Position numbers and translations under genes: made by a program. Positions 1 to 12,944 of a DNA stretch of 36,422 bases are shown here, piece by piece; within the stretch, counting starts at the first letter, position 1; every line of letters starts with the position of its first letter. Source of the DNA: Octopus bimaculoides (Eukaryota); contig NC_068992.1 in NCBI RefSeq assembly GCF_001194135.2, positions 35,417,819-35,454,240 on the forward strand, written 5' to 3'. The notes below the pieces were generated by a model. It did not search any database. It was not told the DNA's origin and saw nothing but the letters and a program-made list of their open reading frames with translations.

Positions 1-82
<82 letters not shown>
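1..82. repeat. (TAT)n microsatellite
   Basis: Perfect trinucleotide run running off the window start. Confidence 0.98.
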
Positions 83-628
83 GAGTGACTAAACGAGTAA
101 TGCATGCCATCAACGTTACACTGGGGTACAAATATACGAAGCCCAATATACCCATTATGACTACCCGTCCGATAAGGATACACCAGGCACATGCATCACA
201 AACATATGTACGCGGTATGGTGATCATTATTATTATAATCAATCTCCATTTGCCTCCAGTTTGGTTGAACGTGTTGCCAACAGAATTTCAATTCAACATC
301 CAGATCAACGCATGGTTTTTACTTAAAATTAAATTGCGATTTAAACTTCGGCTATTGTCTGTTGATCCTCAGGTATACCCTATTCTTCTCTGGTTATTCG
401 CTGGAGATTTGAGCAGGCTGTGAAGTAGGCAAATTCTAAAGTGCAACACATGATAGCAATCTTGTTACAAAGTAACAGCATATTCTTCAGTAGAAGATTT
501 CTCTAATACATTTGTGTATGTATATATGGCTAGATATACACACACACACACGCACATATATCCATAAGTATATAACTATATATGTATATTATATTATATA
601 TGCATACATATACAGACACATATATGTA

Positions 629-672
<44 letters not shown>

Positions 673-3600
673 NNNNNNNNNNNNNNNNNNNNNNNNNNNN
701 NNNNNNNNNNNNNNNNNNNNNNNNNNNNNNNNNNNNNNNNNNNNNNNNNNNNNNNNNNNNNNNNNNNNNNNNNNNNNNNNNNNNNNNNNNNNNNNNNNNN
801 NNNNNNNNNNNNNNNNNNNNNNNNNNNNNNNNNNNNNNNNNNNNNNNNNNNNNNNNNNNNNNNNNNNNNNNNNNNNNNNNNNNNNNNNNNNNNNNNNNNN
901 NNNNNNNNNNNNNNNNNNNNNNNNNNNNNNNNNNNNNNNNNNNNNNNNNNNNNNNNNNNNNNNNNNNTATATATATATATACATAAATACTTACATACAT
1001 GTATATATATCTATGATAAAGATGTTCTATTTACATGCATTATAGTGAGTATGCGTGTTGACGCTCTCATGCATGCGTGTTATCGTAATATAAGCTTCCT
1101 AATTTTTGCCTGAAGTAATTCCATTAATTTGCTTACAGATATTCCTAATAAATCAATACAATTCGGATATTTTGCCTTGTGTTTTTCCTTTAATATATGC
1201 ATATTTTTGTGTTTGCTTTCAATTCGGATAATACATGGAAAATACATTCAAATTTTTTCTAATTCATCACCAGTTGTAATATTGTGATAATTTATTACGA
1301 CTCTAACTGCTCATCTGTTTAACTTGTTATTACTCGAAGCTAATAGCTGAAAATATAAGAAGAAAAGAAAAAGAAATTACTTGAATTTTTAAATGAGGAA
1401 AAATTATTACTGATTTAAATATTGATATGTATGTCTATATCAGCAAGAGAATCTGTGAGCTTGTATTTCATTATGAGTGTGTTTTCATTGTGAAACGTTG
1501 CAATTTTGCAACAACGAAAATATATGCCACATGCATGTCCGTATGTGCGTGTGTGCGTGTAAAACAATAAACAAACTAAATATACAAATGTAATATATTT
1601 TTAAAGAACGACGTACCTTCTTTTGCATCTTAAAACAATGTAGTGAAATTCTGTTTTGAGTGTGTATGTGTGTATTAATTCATTGTTATTGACGAAATGT
1701 ATCTACTATCTTAAAATGTAATGTTTAGCGAATTTTTGCTTTTCGAACACCACTAATAAATGATTACCATATGAATGTATATTACTTGTAGAGAAATTTA
1801 GCTGATAGTAACATATAGGAGTAATTTTCAGTGATGATAAAAATATTAAATGTGATGCATGTTAGTTGTATTGAAGAAGCTGCTAATAAAAATGAAGTGT
1901 ATTTGTGTGCAATAGCATTATTTAAATAATTATATAACTTTTAACATATTTTAGCAGAAGAAGTATAAATTAGAAAACCCATTCTCCTTGCGTATCTGAA
2001 AAACATCATCCATAATTATTTTGAATGCTCAATTAAAACAAATTCAGAACATTCACCACTTAAATACGTTAAATGCGCTTATCTTCAAAGACCTTCTAGT
2101 TTTATTGCTTGCAACTTTGTAAATGAGGAGAGTATATGCATGTTTAACATGATATTTTCACGTAAGTTGCAAAAGAATTACTCAGTGTCTCATCCGCAAT
2201 ATACAGTGCGATATGAGTTGTCATTTAGAAAATAAAGAGGGTCTCTTAGAGCATAAGTGTCCATTTAATATTTGTGATGATAAGAATGTTAGATAAAAGA
2301 GTAATAAACAGGGTTCGATTCATCCCGGCATTCATCCCGGTTTCAGTAAGACGATATCATAATACAGATTTCTTTTAATAAGTATTGTAAAATGTAAGTT
2401 TCTGACAATTAGAGGCCATGCATATTATGCCTTCCGATTCCCTATTTGACACAATATCAATACAACTACATGGCTTGTACTGTTGTCTTTCAATATTTAG
2501 TACCGTTACACACACTACCTGCTAACCTACAGATATTTAATAACTTTTTCCATAATCTTTCACCCATCACAAAGCGATTCAACTACTATGCATGTTGGGT
2601 GCAATTTTATCGAATAAAAATAAAAGCAAAATTGAACAGAAATATAAAGAAATACTACAATATTTTTGACTCAATGAAAGTTATTTCACTCGTATTCAGC
2701 CAATAAAACGAAAATATTTTGCCACTAACTCACTAGGAAATCCTAGAATTCCAAATATAAAAAGTCACAAAATTCGACTTTATTGAACACCGATTCCCAA
2801 TAGAGGAAACGCCGCCAGTTTCCATGGTAAATTACAGAGTTTGTACATATACACACCCGCTAGCATAGCAATGTTTTCTATGTAAATATTATTCACAGGT
2901 ATTTCATTTTAATTGTAATAGTTCTAAGTACTACTCATTCAAACATTGCTGAAAATGGAACAGAACAGTATTTTGTTCATCCAGAATTGTCCTGTGCTTG
3001 CACATGGTTGTTTGACAATTCTCTTTCATATAATGAATAAAATCACTCTTCAAACTTTTCAATTCTGAGACAAAAGTTTTGTACTATGAGAAAGGAGAAA
3101 ACTGTATCTTAATTAATACTTGACTAATCCTTAGTAATGATTTTTAAAAAACATTTCCCTGTAAATGCACAATGATAATATCGCATCCCAAATGTCATAT
3201 TTTCATATTCTTGGCATTGAATGTTAATGAACGAGTAAGTAAAGCGCTCATTGTTGATCATTTTCAAAATGTAAATTAATTGTTTTCATACTATTAGGCA
3301 ACTTTCTTCACGTGTATTTTATCTTAGTCTGGGGAAATGGTAAATACGATTCTTACATAATTTCTACTATATTTACAATTTATCATATTGTAAAATTACT
3401 AACCTATCTTCAGTTCATTAAATAGGCAACCTTTGAGAAAAGAAAACATTTTCTTATTAAGTCATTAATAAAATAGGTGGCCAAAAGATAATAATGGATT
3501 ACGTTACTTTAACTACATAGCATATCCTAAAATATACACATACCGTTCAGAATTCAATAGATATAGTAAAATGATATTGAATATGAACATGGTTTTATCT

Positions 3601-4065
3601 TCTTATAGATGTTGCCCAGTGGAGTATTATTCCGATGAATGACCCATATTGCAGCAGAACCTTGTTGAGTATTTGGTGCAAAAGGAGGCTTTATTCTCAC
3701 TCCGATAAATCATTTTAAAAGCTGCCTAGAATGCGTTTTAGGTTTGAATAAATCCACTGGCTGTCCTCATTAGGTTTCACATAAAAGGGACAACTAATGA
3801 GGGAATTCTAAAATTCAGTTATCTATTTCAATAAGTTTTCAGTCATTTGAATCTTGTGATAAGAAATAATCACATTGACCGACACAAATGAAACAACTTC
3901 TCGGAAATAAATGATTAAAAGACGATATTCCGAAACAACTTTTATACATTTCGATTTCTTTCTAGAATTCATGCCATATCAGTATCCACATTGACAAACA
4001 AAACAAAACATAGAACAGGGCTAGCTAAAAATGTTGCCGAAAGATGTACTCATCTCCATTAGCTT

Positions 4066-4501
4066 ACAATCTTCTTCTTCTTCTTCTTCTTCTTCTTCTT
4101 CTTCTTTGTCTTCTCCGTTTTCTTTTTCTCCTATTCTTCCTATTTTCTTCCATCTTCTTCATATGTTTCTTTTTCTCCTTCGTCTTCTCCTTCTCTTCCG
4201 TCTGTCTTTTTCTTCGCCTTTCACTTCGTCTTTATCCCCTTTTCTTTTTCTTTTTCTTTTTCTTTTTCTTCTACGTCTTCTTCTACTTCTCCTTCATCCT
4301 CATCTTGGTCTTCTTCTTTTCTTCTTTTTTCTTATTCTTCTTGTTCATTTTTCTTTCATCTTCTTCTTCCCCTCTACTTCACATTCTTCTTTTCTTCTTC
4401 TTCATCTTCTTTTCTCTTTATTCTTGTTCTTGTTCTTTTTTCTTTCTTCATCCTCTTCTTTATTTTCTTCGTCTTCCCCTCTTCTTCTTCTTCTTCTTCT
4501 T

Positions 4502-4532
<31 letters not shown>

Positions 4533-4925
4533 TTCTCCTTATTCTGGTTGTTGTTGTTCTTCTTCTTCTTTGTCTCCTTCTTGTTCTTCTTTGTTTTCTT
4601 AATCTTCCCCTCCTTCTCCTTCTTCTTCTTCATCATTTTCTCCGTCTTCTCCACCTCCTTCTTCTTCGTCTTCTTTTCTTCTACTTCTTTGTCTTCCCCT
4701 TTCCTCCCCCTTCTTATTTTCTTCTAATTCTTTTCTTCTACTTCTTCTTCCCTGTCTTCTTCATCTTCCCCTACTTTTCCTTATTCATATTCTTTTCCTT
4801 CTTGTATTTCTTCTTCTCCTTTTCCTGTTCCTCCTTCTCCTTCCTCTTCCTTTCCTTCGTGTTCTCCTTGTTCTTTTTTTCTTTTCCTTCGTCTTCTTCG
4901 TCTTCATTTTCTTCTTTTATCCTTG
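4066..4925. repeat. ~860-bp (CTT)n-based polypyrimidine low-complexity tract
   Basis: Almost entirely C/T on the + strand, with perfect (CTT)n cores near 4070-4105 and 4478-4530. It accounts for the 304-aa and 227-aa L/F/S-rich ORFs. Confidence 0.95.
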
Positions 4926-5369
4926 TTACTTTTAAATATTTGTAAGCACATGTAGAGTATGGAGACTAGCTCATTCAAACGCTCATGGCACAAAACTAAT
5001 ATTTAACTGTCTCACATTGATTTTGCAAGTTTTCGCAACGGTGGCACCTTCGCATTTACATTCAAACCTTTGTTTTCCAATACAAGAATTATCGCCATAA
5101 ATATAAAAAGAATTGGTGGTTAATCTAGTTCTTGAAAAATTCTTATTCATTCTTTATCGTTCGAAAAAGACCTGTACACACAGCAAACCTTTAGTAATAT
5201 TACGAAAAATAGAATATTGATATTAGCACGTTTAATGCCCTTTTTGTTTTGAACAATAGTTTTATGTCCTAACTAAGAGTGTCCCTGTATGTAAAGACTA
5301 ATTTGATGTTTTGTGGTAAGATGTGCCTTCGTTTGATGTATTAGCATCAATGTTAGCTTTTTGATAATT

Positions 5370-6390
5370 CTGTTAATAGGTTGAAATATATTGTGAAAAC
5401 CGGAAAAAAAGTATCGATATTTAACAGATACACAATGTTGTTCATGACCAATGCAAATATCGCACCAAATATGCGTCCTTGAAGGAAATACAAGAACAAG
5501 ACGGAATTCTAAAGAAGATGACAGAGTAATTTAGTTGTAGCAATTCTTATCGGATTCTTGATCCGTAGCGATTTCTTCCAAATCAATAGAATCTTGCTTG
5601 AGTACAGAAAATCTACATGATGTTGGGACAGGACCTCAGACATATAATTATTATCTGTAACAAATATCAACAGTAAACTGCGATACAAAATCAAGGTGTC
5701 TAATTTCCCTAGGGGAATGTTTATCCGATTTAGATCGAAGATCAAAAGTTAACGACTTCGGTCAGTATAAAGGACAATGTTCTTTCATTCCAGAAAATGC
5801 TTAACAGATAAATATGCTGATAATATAACTATGTCTAGTTTCGCGAAAGTACAATATATAGTTTCAACCAATCTTAATAGTTTGGCGACAAAGAACAGAA
5901 GCGAACAAAAATTATCGAGAGTCTTGAGTATGTTGTAAAATAACACCGATTCTTACGTCAGAATCATCCCCAATTTTAGAAAGATGTGCATCGAGTATCG
6001 GGTGAGTTGATAAAAATAGCCTTGGTTAATTACTCTTTTTATCTTGTAAACGTTATTTTCAGGTGTTAAAAGGCATGTTCTCATTTTATTTGTATTTTTT
6101 TTTAATTACTTTGCAGATTATGTTAGCAATTCCTTCGAAGGGTTAGTCTGTTTAATGCAGAATAAAAGACCTACGTCAAGAAATTTACGTAATTTTTGTA
6201 TTGATGTGGGAAATGGAAGCTTTTCCGTCATTGAGCGAATATCATTGCTATCAGTAATGTAGCCACAAAAGAGTGGAAATAAGTTACTGAAAAGGAATTT
6301 ACCAAGGTTAATCCCCACTCTGAACCATAGATTTAGATGATATTTGTCTTCTGATTCCAAAGTACTAGCGGCCCTAATACTAACCTTAAC
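5370..6390 (-). mobile_element. Degenerate Ty3/gypsy LTR-retrotransposon pol fragment (RT C-terminus, RNase H, start of integrase region)
   Basis: Manual minus-strand translation across frameshifts and stops gives, in pol order: INLGKFLF..GYITDSNDIRSMTEKLPFPTSIQKLRKFL (RT), GDDSDVRIGVILQH and LLFFVAKL..ETIYCTF..AYLSVKHF..LYTD (RNase H), RSKSDKHSPREIRHLDFVSQFTVDI, IDLEEIATDQESD, SSSLEF..IWCDICIGH..FHNIFQP. No LTRs seen. Confidence 0.88.
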
Positions 6391-6437
6391 CTTAACTCTA
6401 GTACATCGTGTGCCGTAAAATGCAACATATGTGAGCG

Positions 6438-6502
6438 TATGTGTGTGTGTGCATGTTTGTGTGCGTGCGTGTTTGTATGTGTGTGTGTGTGTGTGTGTGT
6501 GT
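6438..6502. repeat. (GT)n-type microsatellite
   Basis: Imperfect GT/GCGT dinucleotide run next to the gypsy fragment. Confidence 0.9.
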
Positions 6503-7169
6503 ATACACACACAATTGGTGTGCATCTTAAAATCAACATCGATGATATAATTGAATGTGAATTATGAAACACGCGAAGTAAGCATTTTTTTTTCCTCCCG
6601 TTTCTTGATTTTAATTATTGTTATTATTTAATCCACAAGAGGCATTCCTAGATTTTCTGGAGCGTAGTCATTTTAATTTGCATACTAAATCTATCTGCCA
6701 CCCGATCGCCCAGGGGAGTGTTTACACTGGATTCTGTTTGATTCTTGGAATCGTTCTCTCCACTTGCATATATGGGGAAGTGCATTTTTCTGCCAGTGTT
6801 GAAGCGCGATGTGATGAGTCTGTTTGTGTCACATGTTTTTCCTATCCCATTCAGTAAAAAAGCACAGATGGATAAAATAAGAAATAAAGTGGATGATGTA
6901 GGCTTATTTTCCGTTGGTGTTTTCATAACAATTGTCCGATACGTATTTCGAACGCATTACATGAATATTTTTGAAGATATATATATATGCTGCGACTTAT
7001 TCATTATTAGTACGATCTCTACAGGATGTATACTTATGGCATTTTTCGAAGAAGATCTTCCCTCCGTTATTAGTTTGAATTAGGCTCAGCAGCAGTAGTA
7101 GGTTTGGAAGCAGTGAACGATAACGCACATCGATGAGCTGTTTTTCACAACAATATATATGCTTATAAA

Positions 7170-7385
7170 GGCGGCGAGCTGGCATAAACGTGAGCACGTC
7201 GGACGAAATGCTTAGTGATATTTCGTCTGTCTTTACGGTCTATGTTCAAATTTCGACGCGGTCGACTTTGCCTTTCATGCTTTCGGGGTCGACAAATTAA
7301 GTACCAGTTGTTTTCAGGGGTCGATCTAATCGACTGGTCCCCTTCCCCAAAATTTCCGGCCTTGTAACTCGAGCAGAAAAGAATA
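7170..7385 (+). mobile_element. tRNA-derived SINE, octopus type, family A (diverged copy)
   Basis: GGCGGCGAGCTGGC head, B-box-like GTTCAAAT, body GGTCGACTTTGCCTTTCAT..TTTCGGGGTCGA..AAGTACCAGTT. Homologous to 12334-12565. Confidence 0.85.
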
Positions 7386-7987
7386 TATATGTATTATATA
7401 TACACATATTAGAAATGGAAACCAAAATAGTAAATTGAACAATTAGATAATTTAATCATTAAATGATAAATTCTATTCAATTTTATTTTTTTATGCAAAC
7501 AAATGACACATCTAGTAAATTACAGCTGTTTCAACACCAGTAATAAAAACAGGTTTTTCAAGAAAAATAAAATAACGTTTTAAATATGAGTTTTCATCAG
7601 ACAGTCATATCTTTTTGAATATTTTACGAAAAATAGCAATTGAAAATGTTTATAACTACTAACGCATTTCAAAAAAATAAAACGCTTTGTAAGAACGATC
7701 TTAATCCTAAATAAATGATCTAACTGAAATGTCGTAAATTCCTAAATTTAAATCTATTAGTATCTACTTCTATAAACTGATTTTGTTGCATAATNNNNNN
7801 NNNNNNNNNNNNNNNNNNNNNNNNNNNNNNNNNNNNNNNNNNNNNNNNNNNNNNNNNNNNNNNNNNNNNNNNNNNNNNNNNNNNNNNNNNNNNNNNNNNN
7901 NNNNNNNNNNNNNNNNNNNNNNNNNNNNNTATATATACACGTACATCCATCCATTTTTGTATCTATACATACACATACACGGACGTA

Positions 7988-8018
<31 letters not shown>

Positions 8019-8036
8019 TCACATATACAAGTTTAC

Positions 8037-8079
<43 letters not shown>

Positions 8080-8269
8080 ATGTATACATATACTGCTTCA
8101 TACACACATATTTCTGATAAAACATTACTTTATATATTGATTCAAATCTAAATAAAGGAATTTATAATATAAATCAAACTTGCAATTTATTGAAGTTACA
8201 GCTTAAAGTAACTACAGTGGAGATAACTATTTTTCCAATTTTAGAAACAAAACGAAAAACGAAACCAAC

Positions 8270-8530
8270 TCGATGCGGACACCGAAATGCATACAACAAA
8301 ACCAAAGTAATACAATTACCAATGAAATGGTCCAAATACGAACATCGCGCCCAAACAAGTTAAGCAAGATAAACACGCTATATCTTCGTGTATGTCACAC
8401 TATACATTCAATAATATACATAAACATATCGATACGTATACACCCACACCCACACGTACCCTTAGATGTCGACACATACACATGTACATACACACACACA
8501 CACACACACACATATATATGTATGTATATG

Positions 8531-8584
<54 letters not shown>

Positions 8585-9445
8585 NNNNNNNNNNNNNNNN
8601 NNNNNNNNNNNNNNNNNNNNNNNNNNNNNNNNNNNNNNNNNNNNNNNNNNNNNNNNNNNNNNNNNNNNNNNNNNNNNNNNNNNNNNNNNNNNNNNNNNNN
8701 NNNNNNNNNNNNNNNNNNNNNNNNNNNNNNNNNNNNNNNNNNNNNNNNNNNNNNNNNNNNNNNNNNNNNNNNNNNNNNNNNNNNNNNNNNNNNNNNNNNN
8801 NNNNNNNNNNNNNNNNNNNNNNNNNNNNNNNNNNNNNNNNNNNNNNNNNNNNNNNNNNNNNNNNNNNNNNNNNNNNNNNNNNNNNNNNNNNNNNNNNNNN
8901 NNNNNNNNNNNNNNNNNNNNNNNNNNNNNNNNNNNNNNNNNNNNNNNNNNNNNNNNNNNNNNNNNNNNNNNNNNNNNNNNNNNNNNNNNNNNNNNNNNNN
9001 NNNNNNNNNNNNNNNNNNNNNNNNNNNNNNNNNNNNNNNNNNNNNNNNNNNNNNNNNNNNNNNNNNNNNNNNNNNNNTATATATATATATATATATGAAT
9101 ATATATATATATAATGACTTTTTAGTTTGTTTTTATTTGTTTTTATTATCATTATTAAAAATAGCATCTGTGCATTGGTTCATGTATGTGAGGATGTGTA
9201 TATGTATGTATGAGTATATATATGTGTGTGTGTATACGTATGGATATCTAAGTGAACGTGTAAGAGTGGGTGTATATGTATCGATATGTATGTGAGTGAA
9301 TGAATATGTTATACATGATGTTGTGTGTTTATATAGTTTAATTTGTTGTTTGGGTTTGTTGTACGTATTTGGGACATTTTTTTTTTTGTATTTGTATTCC
9401 TTTGGTTTTGTATGTATTTAGATTGTTTTTCATTATCCGTATTGA
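8270..9445. repeat. Diverged inverted repeat pair (~8270-8485 and ~9229-9445) around a TA tract and gap
   Basis: The reverse complement of the right arm (..CAAAACCAAAGGAATACAAATAC..CCAAATACG..CCCAAACAA..ACATATCGATACATATACACCCAC..CTTAGAT) aligns to the left arm (..CAAAACCAAAGTAATACAATTAC..CCAAATACG..CCCAAACAA..ACATATCGATACGTATACACCCAC..CTTAGAT). Ends are not sharp. Confidence 0.75.
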
Positions 9446-10285
9446 AACAGGAGGTGACAGAAAAATATTAATACAGTTTATTAACCAGCAATTTTCGCAA
9501 ATCTCTGATGTTTCTTGATCTTCTCTATCTCATTCTGAATGGCTCGGTATTGTCAAACAGGCCCGGTGTGATTTGTGTAAAAGTTACCACTGCAATTCGA
9601 ATTTGGACAGTTACATTTATACATCAACTTTAATTGATATTTCCTCCTTCCTTCTACCTCTGTTACTCGAGTGATTTCCTCAATACATACTGTCTATAAG
9701 CTTTTATGAGAATGAAAATAAATCCGTTGTAAATCAGGGAACAATTTACATGTTTTCTGCAAGTCCAGCTTTGGGAAGAATTCTAATGTTGTCCCGCAAT
9801 GGTTGGCGTGGATGTGTCTTTTTTTTCCCTTACAAGCAGGTCAGTTTAACTAACATAACGTAAACGATGTGTTGCAATAATGGATTTCGTTGTGTGGCAA
9901 GCATTTCCTGCAGGCTCATAGGGGACAACTCTGTGACCTCTCAACACAACAGCTTATCCTTTTACTAAACATTTAAACGATTTATGGCCAAAATTTCTAA
10001 AAATTGTTTATCTAACCTGCTCTTACATACTGACTTTCCAAGTGTCTGTTTAGGAAACACAAGCATGAATCATATCTTGATCTCACTATTAGGAAGAGGG
10101 AGCTACTTACTGAGAGTGGGGAGAATTTTACTGCTCATACGAAAATATGAAAAATGAAGACCTTGATGAACCAATAAATCTTGGCACACGCACGCACTCA
10201 AATATATACTTACACACATAACGTGTGTGTGTGCGCGTGTGTGCGTGCGTGCGTGCGAGCGCGTATATATGTGTATGTGTGTGTC

Positions 10286-10316
<31 letters not shown>

Positions 10317-10503
10317 GCATTAACCCAGTAAAGAAATTGTTCTCTATAGATACAAGTGATTGAAATAGAAGCAACTAGATATTCGGCAATATTCTAAATG
10401 ACACGGTATCTTTTCATCTTCAGTTTATGAATATTTTGAAATAATTTCTTGTGGAGACTAATATAATAAAACTAATCAATTTATTTTTGTAACTCACTTT
10501 TGA

Positions 10504-10541
<38 letters not shown>

Positions 10542-10973
10542 NNNNNNNNNNNNNNNNNNNNNNNNNNNNNNNNNNNNNNNNNNNNNNNNNNNNNNNNNNN
10601 NNNNNNNNNNNNNNNNNNNNNNNNNNNNNNNNNNNNNNNNNNNNNNNNNNNNNNNNNNNNNNNNNNNNNNNNNNNNNNNNNNNNNNNNNNNNNNNNNNNN
10701 NNNNNNNNNNNNNNNNNNNNNNNNNNNNNNNNNNNNNNNNNNNNNNNNNNNNNNNNNNNNNNNNNNNNNNNNNNNNNNNNNNNNNNNNNNNNNNNNCGGG
10801 ACTTTTATCTAGTTTTGTGTCTCAGAGCTTTGTATTACTTATCTTCACGAACTATTAACAAATATTTGTGAATATACGGAGGAAATAGTTTCGTTTGAAA
10901 ATGTTGCAAAATTATTTTCATTGGAAAACTAGACAACATTTAGTGAACATTAACGTGCCAATTCAGACAGTTA

Positions 10974-12194
10974 TCAGGTCATCCCAAAAGTTCTGTCTGA
11001 ATTTTGAATAAAGAAAACAAGTGATCAAATGTTAAGTTTAATTGAAATTTAATCAGCAATGTACTTTCCCTGATTATCTGTGACTTCCTTCCATCTATTT
11101 ACAAGATTTTTAAACTCATCAATGTAAAACTCTTTTGGTTTCAAAGCGAAGAACTCTGAAATGTCAGTTTCGACCGCCTCCTTCGTTGCGAAAGTTATGT
11201 CCCCCAAATGTTTCTGTAAACTACAAAACAAATGGTTGTCTGAAGGAGCAAGGTCGTAAGAATAAGGTGGATGTGGAATTTTTTCGCATCCATGCTCTTC
11301 GATCTTCTACTCCTTTTCGATTCACTAAAGCGGGTCTCTTTTCTTCAAAGCTTGGTTCAAACGCTCTAATTTCTGACAGTAGACTTGAGCATTAATTGTT
11401 GCATTAGGTGGTAACATTTCAAAGTGAATTACTCCTTTGCAATCCCACCAGATAGAGAGAAGAACCTTTTTCCCATGAAGTTCCCTTCTCGGTTGTGGTT
11501 GAACTTTTTCTCTTTTACCAAGCCACTGTTTACGACGTTTAACATTTCGATAGAAGATCCAGTTTTCGTCACCAGTCACAAGTCTATCCAAAAAGGGTGA
11601 AATGAGTTTGCGAGAATGGACAGAAGAGCGGATGCCAATTCGGGATTTGCGGTTGCTTTCAGACAATTCATCAGACGCTCATTTTTCCAAGTTTAGGAAG
11701 CTTTCCATGTTGTCGAAGATGACGATGAACAGTTGTATGGTTTTAAATAAGCGTTATTGCCAATTCTTCAACTGATAATGCAGGATTTTCTTCAATGCAG
11801 GATTTTCATCAAACTCAACTGGATGTCCTGATCAATCTTCATCTGCAAGGCTGAAATCTCCATTTCTGAATTTTGCAAACCATCTTCTGCAAGTTCTTTC
11901 ATTCAGGCATTCTTTCCCATAAACTGAGTGTATGTTTCGAGTCGCTTCGGCTGCAGGAGTTTCCTACTTTGTACTCATAAAGCATTAAGTGCCTCAAATG
12001 CTATTTGGATACTTCCATGTTAGAAAGGGTTTTAATCAAAAAAATATTAAATCCATTATTCTGTAAAATAATATTTAAGTAGTTTAAATGTACACAAATG
12101 CACAAAAAATAATTTTTAATTCCATTAGACATTCTAAAATACTATTAAATTTCTTAAAAAGGTAAAATGGGCCAGAACTTATGGGATGAACTGA
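10974..12194 (-). mobile_element. Near-full-length mariner DNA transposon
   Basis: Terminal inverted repeats TCAGGTCATCCCAAAAGTTCTG and TCAGTTCATCCCATAAGTTCTG (reverse complement of right end), a TA dinucleotide on each side (10972-10973, 12195-12196), length 1221 bp, internal transposase relic. Confidence 0.95.
11049..12018 (-). pseudogene. Mariner transposase pseudogene
   Basis: MEVSK*HLRHLMLYEY..AAEATRNIHSVYG..RRWFAKFRNGDFSL (HTH), FLDRLVTGDENW (first catalytic D), LLSIWWDCKGVIHFE, PHPPYSYDLAPSDNHLF (third D), ..NQGKYIAD*. Contains stops, frameshifts, a ~17-bp tandem duplication near 11774-11807, and lacks the HDNARPH segment. Confidence 0.93.
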
Positions 12195-12333
12195 TATTCC
12201 CTTCCACTTCATAGTTGTTGGAACGATACGTTATCGTCTGTATTTGAGTCATATACATTGTAATATTTATCTTTTCATAAAATAATCTATTCTTAGTAAA
12301 ACGTTAGACACACTACTCTACACACACTAAAAA

Positions 12334-12565
12334 GGCGACGAGCTGGCAGAAACGTTAGCACTCCGGGCGAAATGCTTAGCGGTATTTCGTTTGCCGCTAC
12401 GTTCTGAGTTCAAATTCCGCCGAGGTCGACTTTGCCTTTCATCCTTTCGGGGTCGATTAAATAAGTACCAGTTACGCACTCGGGTCGATATAATCGACTT
12501 AATCCGTTTGTCTGTCCTTGTTTGTCCCCTCTGTGTGTAGCCCCTTGTGGGTAGTAAAGAAATAA
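12334..12565 (+). mobile_element. tRNA-derived SINE, family A, apparently full length, with candidate target-site duplication
   Basis: GGCGACGAGCTGGCAGAAACGTTAGCA..GAGTTCAAATTCCGCCGAGGTCGACTTTGCC..GTAGTAAAGAAATA. The 13-mer ACTACTCTACACA occurs on both sides (12312-12324 and 12567-12579). Confidence 0.9.
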
Positions 12566-12944
12566 TACTACTCTACACAAAGTTCTTTTTACAAATAACA
12601 GAATAACACTGGACGACATGCATTTGCTCCATTTAGTTAGTATATCAACAACATCCAGGTAAATCTTTAAACTTACATGTAAAACACAGGCATTGCTACT
12701 CAAATAAAAATAGATATCGATGAATTACTTAATATTTTAAAGAATACGTGAAACCGATAATGTCAGTCTGTAAAATTGGGTACTAGTCGAAGGTAACTAT
12801 TCTGTTATGACACTAATGCATTTCCATATTTCTCAGATGCCCGAACCATTGAATTTGAGCAGTGAAAAACATCAAGTTTACGCATCGGGTAAAAACATTA
12901 ATTGGACATCATAGCAACTAGCTTACTGACAATCTCCTGATGTA

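Noticed and set aside
340-375. CTGAGGA box on the minus strand, and other CTGANGA hits near 7595, 17440 and 27620
   Set aside because: No stem II followed by GAAA and no stem I, so these are not hammerheads.
85-423. 112-aa ORF near the window start
   Set aside because: Non-ATG start, no recognisable motif in any frame, and it includes an ATT repeat.
2317-2340. ATTCATCCCGG tandem duplication (also AATATTTACG twice near 32634)
   Set aside because: Small slippage duplications with no further structure.
4031-4945. 304-aa and 227-aa hydrophobic ORFs, and the Lys-rich reverse ORF
   Set aside because: Translations of a CTT/polypyrimidine tract, which cannot contain stops; not membrane proteins.
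6640-6860. GC-richer segment with an ATTTGCAT octamer and a W..RFQE..SPGR peptide on the minus strand
   Set aside because: A single octamer is expected by chance in AT-rich DNA, and the Tc1-like HTH resemblance is too short with no TIRs.
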